A DNA stretch of 63,617 bases, the filler included, from Bigelowiella natans CCMP2755 (lineage: Eukaryota > Protista > Cercozoa), in assembly GCA_000320545.1 (NCBI GenBank). It is 6 parts of 6 records of this genome, joined end to end, with 100 filler letters (N's around TTAATTAATTAA, not from the genome) between each part and the next. Parts side by side here need not be neighbours in the genome. Positions count along the whole stretch, not along the records: positions 27,517 to 49,575 come from ADNK01003549.1; positions 49,676 to 56,739 come from ADNK01002908.1; 4 more parts are not named here. The stretch is one strand, 5' to 3'. Shown here in pieces: positions 37,953 to 49,832 of this stretch; positions within the stretch are counted from its first letter, which is position 1, and each line of letters starts with the position of its first letter. The notes under the pieces were generated by a model, which worked only from the letters and a program-made list of their open reading frames with translations, searched no databases and was not told the origin of the DNA. The translations under genes and the position numbers were made by a program.

Positions 37953-39077
37953 GCATTTACAAGAAGCACCTTTCAAATCCTGCAGTCATAAGAAGCTGCT
38001 TATATTGCTGGGGGCTTTGAGGAAGCGCATAAAACTGGGTAGTAGGAGTAGTAGTAGTATTAGTAGTAGTAGTAGTAGTAGTGTGTACCCAAACAATGAT
38101 TACAATAAACTCATAACTTGTTACTCTTCTTGTTGTTGATGATGATGATATCGATTTTGTTTAAATTTTCGACCTGTGCTTTTGCGAGCATGATTGCATA
38201 CAGTGCCAGCATGATGATGATGATTATTAAAAGGTAGGTAGTAGTAGCATAGTAGTAGTAGTAGTAGTTGTAGTTGTAGTAGTACTTTATTCTTTGTACG
38301 GGTAGGTACTAGGAACTCTCTTGCTCCTTCTGGAGTGCTCTTGAATAATGTTGGTGTTTCTACACAATAATAATGACAGCACTTTGACCACTCACTCTTA
38401 TCTTCACATTGTAATAATAACGTGAATATCAGCATCACCATCATCATTAACATCTTCATCATCATCAGCAGCAGCAGCAGCAGTATATCGTCAACTCCGC
38501 TATTCGAAAAGTTTTTCAATTATCGTCATTTTGCTTCTTTGCAGCAACACAACATACCACCCTCCTCTTAGTAGTACCATTAAACCACTATTATTGCTAC
38601 TATTCTTAAGGTAGCAATAGATACACGACATGAGCATCATTACGGCTTTTGAATTGGGATGAAATGAATCTATCAATAAAATCTACCCCCCCCGCCCTCC
38701 CCCCGACCTATTTCTATGAAATCTTTTTGGTGAAGAAATTGTCTGAGAATGTGAGTCATCTTGGAACGGGTTTTGATATTTGTGTGAAGTTTGTGTCGCC
38801 TGAGATCTAAATATCGGTATTGAAGTCTCAGAGCTTCATTAGTGATATTAGTCCCTGTCTTAGCATGCTCCGTAGGAAATGGCAGAGACGTCGACGATCG
38901 GCGGTTTAAGACCTCAACATCGTGCACCACAACCTAATAATCGATAATATCATTATTATTATTATTATTGTTGTTGATGATGATGATGATGATATTCTTC
39001 TCACATATCGTATTATAAGGGTAGTCGTCAGTGAGTCGGAGCTGTTGTTCGTTACTTCATCCCATAATAACGCGACA

Positions 39078-39115
<38 letters not shown>

Positions 39116-39589
39116 TTATTATTACTATCTGTATATACATCATGCATGTTTATTACTATCTGCAGATATATTATGCATGCATGCACTTACAGTGGTACCT
39201 CTAGGTCTCCATTGAGCTGATCCGCTTTGATTTCCTTCTCAGGTCTTCTCCGCCAACAGCCGAACACACGAACAATGCTTTCTTCTGGAACTGATCGGAA
39301 TTGGTGGAAATTGCTCTCACAAGTCCTGCTGTCTTCGGTCGCATCCTCAAGACTCCACATTAGCTGCACGCGCCCAGATCGATCTATTAGGAATAATTAC
39401 CAACAGCAGTAGAAGAAGAAGAAGAAGAAGAAGAGACGGCAGTATCAATGTTGCTTGTCAACAGGCAGGCAGATAGCTACTGCAATCGCTCGTTATAGAT
39501 GATCCCGACGTCGATGGATAGATAGATAGTCGGTATATTCATCTAAGAAAGCTTACATACAACTACTTATGGTGGAATAGAACATATGC

Positions 39590-39628
<39 letters not shown>

Positions 39629-40600
39629 CGCGAATAACTGCAAAAGCAACACTGCCAAGATGCCTGCTATGTTCCAACCATCCTAAATAAAACAAAATAA
39701 ATTGAATCGTATCCTCACACAGATTAGGAGGGGGATGAAGTTGTAGGAACTATTGTTGCTGTTGTTTCTTTTGCTCTGTTCACAACTATGAAAGTTGCTC
39801 GAAATTGTAGGAACTATTGTTGCTGTTGTTTCTTTTGCTCTGTTCACAACTATGAAAGTTGCTCGAAATTGTAGGAACTATTGTTGCTGTTGTTTCTTTT
39901 GCTCTGTTCACAACTATGAAAGTTGCTCGAAATTGTAGGAACTATTGTTGCTGTTGTTTCTTTTGCTCTGTTCACAACTATGAAAGTTGCTCGAAAAATT
40001 GTAGGAACTATTGTTGCTGTTGTTTCTTTTGCTCTGTTCACAACTATGAAAGTTGCTCGCCTCTTTTTGATTTTCTATTCTTCTTGCCATTGTTACACTA
40101 CTTTCCTCATCATGATTTACCTTCAATGAGCAAGGGCTGACCCTCCTCAACGCCTTTAACATCCGCACAAAGCGTTCTTTCTGGCTTTGTTGTTGCGGTG
40201 CTTGTTGTTGCACAAGTTCGGGTACTACTATTGTGCTGCTGATTGCTTGTTGGAACTATGATGAAACTCTGTCGTTGTTCACCTCTGATAATTCGCCGTC
40301 TTATTACAGAACCAACTTGGGTATGAAGAACAGTAGCTCCACGAGATAATGCTGTTGTTTATCAATATTTATTTATGACTACGTCAGCAGTAGTAGTAAT
40401 AGTATTATGCGATGATTGCAAAATAACAACAGCACACAACAGTTATTACGGCTACTGCTATATGTATACCCCTGATCGATTTGGAGAATAACATAGTTTC
40501 TGAATAGGCTGGCCTGAACCGCCGCCTTGTTAGCAGAGCGATTTTTAAGAATAAATGCAATCATTAAGGATGAAGAATTTGAATGCAGACATACCACCAC
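32984..40600 (-). CDS. aspS: Bacterial-type (organellar) aspartyl-tRNA synthetase, highly intron-split; 5' end uncertain
   Basis: RTLCADV..G|[151 protein letters not shown]. Confidence 0.95.
37531..37699. repeat. 55-bp tandem repeat x3 in an aspS intron
   Basis: Unit ACAGTTGTCATCATCCACACACCATTTGTCGTCGTAGTACATCATAAATAGTAGG at 37531, 37586 and 37641. Confidence 0.9.
39737..40058. repeat. 64-bp tandem minisatellite x5 in an aspS intron
   Basis: Unit GAAATTGTAGGAACTATTGTTGCTGTTGTTTCTTTTGCTCTGTTCACAACTATGAAAGTTGCTC at ~39737, 39801, 39865, 39929 and 39993; no spacers. Confidence 0.92.
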
Positions 40601-41149
40601 GACCTTGAAATGGAGGATGCTTTATTCTGCCTAGTTCAGAATGCTTGTAAGAGATGGAATGCCTAGAGACGAATGAGCAGCGACGAAGATCGTAAGAGTG
40701 ATGACTACGACGACGGTGAGTTCAATAACTGAGAACTTTGCATCAAATCTAGCCAATCAGCACATACCAGCCCACTCATCTTTCATACTACTTCTACTAT
40801 TCATTACCCTACATGCACTAAAGACTACTATTTTTCGCTGTCCTCTTAGCATTTGCATGTAGTTCGTGATTGACACACCAGCTTGGTCAGTCTTTCTTTC
40901 TGGCCGTCGTCTTTAACAACATACGAGTACAATTTCAAATTTTGTGCTCGTATTCAACCTGCGACAATGACTTACTGGCATTATTCGTTATTTATAAATA
41001 TTCAGGTAATTCACCACATGCGACAATAAATAAATAGCCTCAAAATGATTGAACACCGAAGATTTTATCCTCAGATTTTTCATTTGTTTTTTGAGCATTT
41101 CTGTTTGTATCAGTTCATGGAATGCTTGCTTATTGTTTCACTAAATATC

Positions 41150-41895
41150 ACTACGACTTGCATGATTCTTTGTCGTAGGTGATGAATATTCAATTAATTT
41201 CACTGCGATAGCTCCGACAGAGCTGAACTGGAACCTTGCCGGTTCCCCCTCCCCTCAAGGTCCGCCAGAACCTCATAACCAGCATGGAAGTAAAATTTTC
41301 TATCCATTTAAAAATTAACTAATGCTGTATTAAATTCCATTTTATTCAATAAATTAGTTCAATTCAAGGGAAAATTCGGCTGAGATGGAACGAGAGATGA
41401 AGGAGCAAAAGTTAACCGATAAAATGCATGATGACGATGAAAACAAGGGTGAGATTGGTACGCATAGTTCAGAACCTACAAGTCCAACGGGTAATTATAG
41501 AGATCAAACAACTACATAGTATATTAAGGATAAAAATTATGAACAAGAATTAAAAACGATAATAACGATGAGAAGAAACGACATATGATTAGTGTTATTT
41601 ATCAGCTCAAGGAGTATCGCTCGATCCTTCTACGACAAACCCTCTACAGGAAAGATATCAGTGGTGGAGTAACTTTTGGTTCATTTATTTCTGGTGCGTC
41701 CTCTTCGCCATGACGAATTTCATTTTCTTTTACTTTTCCCTGAAGGATTTCCGTATCGACAGAGCGGTGTGGTTTGTAGCAGTAACTGTGTTTGTCATCG
41801 CATTAGCCGTTTCACATCTTCTACACTCACTATTTGATTGTATGTCCAACACGGTCGTTCCTGCTGTTGATCAGCAAGAATCCACCGTAGTATAG
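41150..41895 (+). CDS. Unknown small membrane protein, multi-exon; 5' end uncertain
   Basis: Exons MEREMKEQKL..., LKEYRSILLRQ...GSFIS and DFRIDRAVWFVAVTVFVIALAVSHLL (TM helix)...ESTVV*. Confidence 0.4.
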
Positions 41896-42332
41896 CCGTG
41901 CGTGTACATACAAGAAAAATTCCCGGAAATATATGTTACATCAGTTTAGTAGTATTCAACAAAAAGTACGGCAGTGTGCATGAAATATCGAATAGAAATA
42001 ATGTGTAATTTAGTACGTGTCTTATCAGTGGGTACCTACGCTTGCCACTAATAATACACGTATAGTTGCTTTGCAATGAGCTTGGGTACGTTAGCAGTAT
42101 CACTCCGCCTTGTTGATATTATTGCCATAATTTTTTTGTGATGCGGGATATGCGGCATGATTGATGGGCTTCGCTTGTCAAACAGTTGGACAACTAGAAA
42201 ATGGGATCAAATTTCAGTCACAGCTATCTCTAGATCTAGCTAGCTAAGCTACACATATATGAGTCGAATGTAATGAATGAATTAAATTCTTCCAATTGTC
42301 ATCCTAATGTAGCTATGCAATGCCGCGGCTAC

Positions 42333-42409
<77 letters not shown>

Positions 42410-43564
42410 TGTATCTAGATACTTAGATGCACACTAGCTAGCTAGGCTTGTTCGATCCCGATCGCATCTAGCTAGTTATTAGCTAGACATACGTAGATTT
42501 CATTTGTTCGCGCGCGTTGTCACAGCTAGACAGCCTTGCACATTTAGACATAGCATGATGGTATGTACGTGCGCAGTGCGTGCGGCTATGCCGTTATTGT
42601 TTACGTGAAGTCGCACCAGCAAGCAACATGCACAGTCTAGCAGCATAATAAGCATCTGCTAGCATGCTATACTGCGCAATTGACTTGTTGTCATTATTTC
42701 AAATCCAATAATCACTACAACAACTTAGGAAATAACGCACATGACACGCACACAAACCTAGAAACAAGGTCACGCTAGTTCATCGGCGTGAGACGGATGC
42801 AATGATGTGATCAAATCTTTTCTGTGTGCCCATCCTAGCATCCCAATTTGCTTACACGTGCAGTACGGTGCAACATGCACGCACGTTGTAGGGACTCATG
42901 AGTCCACATACGTGTGTACTGTGTGTACGCGCATGTGAACACATGTACCCACCACACACTCCAGGTGCACCAAAAAGCACACATCTAGACATGCTCTGTT
43001 CACATCCACACATGCACCAAACAAACCACGACACATGCTATATATATAGCTAGCATGTGCCAAAAATTGCCAAACGTAAGCAAGTGCACATAGATGCACA
43101 TGGGCACATATGTGTGCGCTGACACGTAGCACATGTGAGGTTGCAGCAGGTGCATGCGAAGCTAGTGGCTGGTGTCGCAGAACACGCAGATGGAACGCAC
43201 GTGTAGGGACTCGTTTGCGACGCACATGCAGGTGAATGCTTCACAAGCGACGTGCTACGTACACACACGCGCACATCATATAAGACTAAGCAAAAAACAT
43301 ACACTAGACGTAGACTCTATAATATCTTATACTTCACCCTTCCCTGCGATCGATGTGCTCCGGTGCTATCTTATGCGATGCATGGATGGTCCTAGCGCGC
43401 ATGAAACATTGCCGCCGTATTGTGCATAACACAGTGCGGCCTTGACAACACGACGTAGAATTTTAACATTGAGTCGATACTCCTTCCAGAGCAACTGGGT
43501 ACTCAATGCGGTCCGCAAATGTACACACAAGGCTTATATGATAAATGTGATAATGGGTGCACGC

Positions 43565-43603
<39 letters not shown>

Positions 43604-43659
43604 TATATATCTTATCACAGTCAATTGGTAGCTCCGGGCGAAATAACCACGAACGCTTT

Positions 43660-43917
43660 TTCATGAAATAATACAACGTTTCTTCTTGTCCACGGGATTC
43701 GTCAACGCCTCAATAGAAGTCACCCGCTCCTCCTCTCCTGCAGTGCCGGCTTTGAACGGCTCTGTCGGAGTTTGTTTCCTGCGGGCACATCAAATATAAC
43801 CCTTGTTGAACTTCCGTTGTGGATACACATTCATGCACTTAAATTCTAATGCACTTAAAATTTCTTTGCAAAAACCTAGCAAGTTGCAAGTTCCATCAAA
43901 TTTTATATGAAATAACT

Positions 43918-43957
<40 letters not shown>

Positions 43958-44051
43958 TGGTGAGATTGAACTAAAAAGTACAAAATTTAAGAACTGCATA
44001 AACAAATACACAGATGTACGCACAGACACACAAACACAAAAAGGGAGAGAA

Positions 44052-44092
<41 letters not shown>

Positions 44093-45747
44093 TAGCAGTT
44101 TAGTATTTTCTTCATTCTTCACCTTTCCTTTTTCTTCTTCTTCTTCTTTTTTTTCTTTTCTGGAACCTTCACGACACTAGTTTCTCTTATATCAACACCA
44201 CCACCGTTATGGTCCTTTCTGTCACCAACTCCAGTGGTGGTAGGAGGATAGGATGTTGTCGGTTTAGGTGGCGAAGCACCGAAAAGATCGTCGTTGTCAT
44301 CCTCCTCAGCTTTTCCTTCCGATATGTTGTTGTTGTTGTTGGTACTACTTGAGAATGGAGGCGAAACAGTCACGACATTGCCATCACTATCGCCAACAAC
44401 GCGCCTATTCCATAGGAAATGATATCAAAATATCAATTGTGACTCACTCCTACTTATACACGTATAGGATTAAAGTAAGATATCAGGAAAGATTCCCATT
44501 TTACTTTTTCTTCTTCTTCTTCTTCTTCTTCTTTTTCTTCTTGATTGGGACCTATAAAGAAACAAGTTATGAAGACATCAACTATTAATATCTGTGAAGA
44601 TGTAATCAATACTTTCTACACTGTAGGTACTAATATTCTTCTACTTATCTAGTATTTATAACAGTGTGTAGACGAATAATTTCGACGTAGTGCGTCAAAT
44701 AAATACCACAGCAGAGGATACAGCAACTGATGGCTCCATTGTTGCAACGGCACTAGAAGACATACTAGTTCCCGACTCCATGCTAGGAGGGGGGGGTATT
44801 CCCATGCTAGGCCCTGGAGGGGGTGGAACGGCGGCGAATCCTTGATAGATTATAACATTGGGGTCAAGAGATCGTCGCTGGGAAGTTGATGATGATGGTG
44901 GTGTCTTAGGACAAGGAATTTCACTACAAGAACAATGTTACACAACCAGTGATTTTGGAACATCTACTACCATCCCAAACCCATCATTATTTCCTCTTCG
45001 TTCTTGCCACAAAGGATTGGAAGGATGATTCTCTAAGCATTCGATTTCTATTTGGATTAGCGATGCTTCACGGGAATGAAACTCCCAATTCTTCTTGGAA
45101 ATTTCTCTATGAACTGATAGAGCAAATATCTACTCATACTGCAACTTTAATGCTTCCTACCTCCTGGGCCGGGAGGCGGAGGAACTACTGCTACTTGAGA
45201 AGCAGTAGGAGAAGATGTTGACGAAGGAGTTGCTGCAGCAGGAACGCTAGCAGGATTCAAAACTTTCCTTGATTTTTTTTTCTTTTTACGCGATGATGCT
45301 ACAACAGGAACTACAGAATATTCAAATATAGGGAAATCTTTACATAAGCGTTTGAATGCTTGCAATTTTGCAAATTACAAAACATAGAGGGAAATGTTGC
45401 TTAACTGCTTCAATGCTTTCAGTTTGCAAACTATGGAATATTCTAAATACTCCCTCCACACAAGCACAACTGTTTTCCTACTACTTACTTTATACAGTAA
45501 TGTTCCAGTTTAGTACCGACCTGGTGGTGCTATAGTGGACGCAAGTAACATTTTTGCATTCGCAAATTTTGAACGCTTGGAATCAGTAACGTTGCTACTT
45601 CTTTTACCATTACCATCGCTGCTACCCGCAGCTCCTGAAACGGAGCCTGCGTTTCGAACTCTATTGTTATTATATGATAAAAATAGGTAAACCAAATTTG
45701 AAACAAACAATTGCTAGGTCTGGTGGTGAGAGCAAGATGTCGTACAG

Positions 45748-45786
<39 letters not shown>

Positions 45787-46400
45787 ATTTATAAAGTTGG
45801 CCAAACATGTACTTATAATATTTGAAGGCTAAGTTAAATTGTGGTTCACGGATACGAACTTGCTCTTGTCTACAGTCTTTGTCCGGGATAGCTTGCCTTT
45901 CTTAAAACCCTAGAATAGATGTAGTAGTAAAGGTAGGCCAATTCATGTGAAACTGATGTGATGACGATTCATTTAGCTGAAATATTCATCAACTTACCCT
46001 AATGGAAGATAGGAGGGAGTTTCGGTCTGCCATCACTTTGAACTCCTACTTGCATATCATTGAAAGAAGGAGCGTCACAACGATAGCATTGGAAAAGAAA
46101 AGCGTGAATCCGCGAAAGCTTGCAATAGAGAAACACAATTTCTCTCCAGCAGCTTCTTAATATTCTAAATACTGCTATCATTCACAACGTCGCAAACCTT
46201 AACCAGGCGGCAGAAGTACGATTCAACACTCCGAACACCTAATTGATGTTGCCTATATGCCTGGCGCCTGGCTCAGGCGGGCGAGATGTGGACAGATGCT
46301 CCAAGAAAGCTGCAGTAAATCTCGAGAAATGTCTTGCCGTAAGCATAAAATGCTATCCATTCTGGTACATGAAGACGATGTTTGTGGTAATATCCCAAAA
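43660..46400 (-). CDS. Unknown Pro-rich multi-exon protein
   Basis: Same-strand exon-like ORFs at 45999, 45510, 45147 and 44119 with poly-Pro patches and DDLFG; no family recognised. Confidence 0.4.
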
Positions 46401-46652
46401 GGAGATCGGATAAAATCCCCTCAATTACCACCATGAGACATGAGACATTCTTTCTCAGATATTCACAATTACGTGCGTACTCGTACGACCGAAAGGCAGG
46501 GAGTGGAAAGGGCATAACTCAGATAACCCAAACTCGCACGCTACAACTTGGGCGGCAGAAACCCATTTTACAACCAACGGGGCGTTAACCACGCATTGTG
46601 TGGACCACCAGGTTTTGATTAATCGATTCTTCTTCGGTGAAGGAGTTTTGCA

Positions 46653-48330
46653 ATGAAGAAAAAGAAGACTCTCATTCTCCTGAAGGCTCCACATCCTCTG
46701 ATTGAACTATGGGACGAAGCTAAGGTTATTTACTTGTACGTTGTTCTAGTGTGAACGTAATTTATGTACAATTCTCTTGGTGGTATTGTTCTTCAAGAAA
46801 CCTGGACAACTTCTTGGGATATTAGAAAAATCAGGAAAGTCGTTCAAAATCTTCCCGGTAAATAAATGCACGAAATTGAGGTGTTGCGTCCGTGTTCAAA
46901 TCTTCAATTAATCAACCATAATAGGAATCAGAACTGGGAGAAGCATGTGCAGATGAAGAGTACAAAATTGTGGAAGCTGATGCCAAGAATTATGCATCCT
47001 TCCTGGTGTTCTCCGGGTAGGCATGGAGTTTTGAGTTCACGATCATTTTACGCTTCATGTTATTCTCACACATAAAGTATATATACATAGATGTGTGTGT
47101 GTGGGGGACAGGTCACAGTTTGTTAATGTAAAGCACACTTTTCTATTAATTTTGTGTTCCTCATTCCAAGATTTTGGTTGTGAATTTACTCCTTTTGTGT
47201 TCCTCATTCTAAGAGTTTGATTGTGAATTCACTCCTTTACTTGTTTCTCATTGCGGTTCGATAATGTCATCTACTCTCTCAACCAAATATCGCCATGTAG
47301 GTCGTCTCGCAGGGAGAATCTGAAGGGTGAAGTCGTTGGCGAGATTTCCAAGGTAGTAGAACTTACTGCTGTTGCAATTGCAGCAGCGATTTGTGATCAG
47401 TTAGGATACTGTTTCGACTTTGTTTCTTCTAGGTGTGGAACTTGCAAGCAACGCCTAAGGTTATTTCACAACTATTACGATTGAATCTTTGTTTATCATC
47501 TGAAGTTGAAAGGAAATTAGAATTATTCGGGAAACAATGAGTGATTATTTAAAAAAAAACTATTCTTGCCTTTGTTTTTGTTATAATTTTGATTATCAGT
47601 CGCTAGCAGCTCGTCTTACAAAAAAACGTGCAGAACAGATGGAAGATAGACTCAAGTTAGTTCGATTGATGCTTTGATGCTTCTTTTTCTTTGATTTCCG
47701 CTAAGATGCGACTTTAGAAATGAGTAGAACTAATCAGCTTCGCGCTTCTATCATATATAATAGGAACAAAGTGGAGATCATCACCTCTGAGGAATCTGGA
47801 GTGCAAGAGCTTCTAAATAGGAAAAGAATATTAGCTCAAAAAGAAGCAGATGCTGTAGCAAAGAAGAAGGGACGTGTCCTTAAAGTTAGGGAGAAGAAGG
47901 AAGAGGTATTTGTTTTTTTCCTTGGAAACCGAGTATCTTATTTCTCTTATCGCAACTGTAAATACCAAGTAATCATCTGTCATCCCTGAATCTTCCCATT
48001 AGGTTGAGGAAATGTTGATCAAGCTTTTCGAAAAGCAGGTACGTTCATGTGATTTTGCAAGTTGTAGATTTTCATCTAGGTTCACTCTGAACAACGCACA
48101 GGAGTATTATAGTTTCAACCAGCTTCAAAGTAGAACTAACCAGCCCTCGGTAATGCGTTTTTCTTCGTTTATCAAAAATATGCCAGAACCTTATGTCGTC
48201 GATAACTCAGGATCATCTTCGTGAGATTCTTAATGACATGTGCAAACTTCAAAAACTCGGACCAAACCACAACCTGTATGCGTTGGACAAGGACAAATAC
48301 GGCGACGTTTTGAAAGGAGAGCGCAAATGA
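46653..48330 (+). CDS. GTF2F2: Transcription initiation factor IIF beta subunit (RAP30/TFG2-like), multi-exon
   Basis: N-terminal LILLKAPHPLIELW (cf. VWLVKVP..L...W) and FLVFSG. Spliced winged helix VEEMLIKLFEKQ|EYYSFNQLQSRTNQPS|DHLREILNDMCKLQKLGPNHNLYALDKDKY. Confidence 0.8.
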
Positions 48331-48674
48331 TTACAGATAGATCATGCAAGACTTGCAACCAATCGATCATTGGAAAAATTGATGGAGGCAAAATTTGTCA
48401 ACGAAAGATGCGATCTAGCGATGCGCGACGCCAATTGGTGAATCTTGTGGTCGATCCCTGGCTAGTTGCCAAGATCAGCATGTAGATGATGACAATTTTT
48501 GGGAAAAAACCAAAAAAAGTCAGGAATTGTTCCAGAATTAGCCATGCTGTCTAGCTGTGCATTGTGATTGAAGTTGCATTGCTTGTCATTGCATGTTGAC
48601 ACCATGAATGTGAACTTGCATCGCAGGCCCACAACACTCGCTACGTCATCGTGACATTGAGATGACGCGCTGAA

Positions 48675-48712
48675 AAAGTCGAGACAAGGGGCTAGCCCCT
48701 CATCTCGACTTT
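48675..48712. repeat. 38-bp near-perfect palindrome centred on CTAG
   Basis: AAAGTCGAGA-CA-AGGGG-CTAG-CCCCT-CA-TCTCGACTTT. Confidence 0.9.
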
Positions 48713-49331
48713 CTAGCTTTCCACATCAAGCTCGTTGTTCGAACTGATGACGTTTCGAGTGCCACATTGACAGAGCTCCCTGTGCGATGCAGACTTGCAC
48801 GCGTGCTTTTGCCTCCAAGTGCACGTGTGGATTCGTTGACAATTTGTCGCGACACATCCATCTCAAATTTCATTTTTTCCCGCCCGGCCATGCAACCACG
48901 TGCTGATGATCTTGGCAAGTGGCCCCTCAGTTTCTTTCACTTGCACGCAGTTTTGCCCATTGCTTCGACGCTGTCGCAACGATGGACCACACTTCTGAGT
49001 GATGAATGTTGCCTGCCACAGCTCCGTCAAACCTGCAACGGATCGCCAGAACATGCATTTGGAAGCTTTTGCGCGCGACCAAGCGCGTTGTGTGTGTGAT
49101 GCAATGGACATTGGATTTGCTCGCATTTCTTTGAAACTTTTCGTGCATGTCACGTTTGGTCAAACACACGCGCAAAATCATTCAAAACGTGGCAGAGAAC
49201 AAACGCGCAGCGTGCATCCTCTGCACAACAAGTGTGAATTTTCACACTTTGCGCGGCTCACCGGGTTTGACGGAGCTGTGTGCAGTCGCAATTTGCTTGC
49301 ATCATTGGGCCCAACATCACGCAAACTTTGG

Positions 49332-49575
49332 TCCAGGATCAGGGTCCAGGATCAGGGTCCAGGATCAGGGTTCAGTTCTCGACCAGAGTCGAAATGACGT
49401 TCGAAAACAGGGTTTTGATTGGGGTCAGGGTCAGAGTTTTGGTCAGGGTGAGGGTGAGGGTCAGGGTGAGGGTGAGGGTGAGGGTCAGGGTGAGGGTCAG
49501 GGTCTGGGTCAGGGTCAGGGTGAGGGTCAGGGTGAGAGTCAGGGTCTGGGTCAGGGTGAGGGTGAGGGTGAGGGT
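49332..49575 (+). repeat. Telomere-like variant repeats (TCAGGG/TGAGGG)n running to the contig end
   Basis: (TCCAGGATCAGGG)x3 followed by a GGGTCA/GGGTGA/GGGTCT hexamer array; no TTAGGG unit. Confidence 0.8.
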
Positions 49576-49675
49576 NNNNNNNNNNNNNNNNNNNNNNNNN
49601 NNNNNNNNNNNNNNNNNNNTTAATTAATTAANNNNNNNNNNNNNNNNNNNNNNNNNNNNNNNNNNNNNNNNNNNN
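49576..49675. other. Artificial contig linker
   Basis: N44-TTAATTAATTAA-N44. Confidence 0.98.
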
Positions 49676-49801
49676 ATTCTTTATATCGTTTTCCTCTTCA
49701 TTTTAATTTCAACCCCACTTAAATTAGTGCTTTCTTTTACCTCCTTCATTTTACAATTAATGAGGGCTTCTGGGGCTTTTCAAAAACCAAACTTTTTATA
49801 A

Positions 49802-49832
<31 letters not shown>

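Noticed and set aside
39737-40058. CRISPR array
   Set aside because: Head-to-tail 64-bp units with no unique spacers, inside a eukaryotic intron, and no cas genes.
40650-40860. Signal peptide (VIELTVVVVITLTIFVAAHSSLG) for bipartite plastid targeting of AspRS
   Set aside because: I could not join it to an ATG or to the downstream exons with canonical splice sites; it needs cDNA.
46455-46860. Minus-strand RGS-like domain (FLEEQYHQEN)
   Set aside because: The plus strand here gives a better-supported TFIIF-beta N-terminus.
49147-49627. GQGEGEG / VRVRVR repeat proteins
   Set aside because: These are translations of the telomere-like hexamer array.
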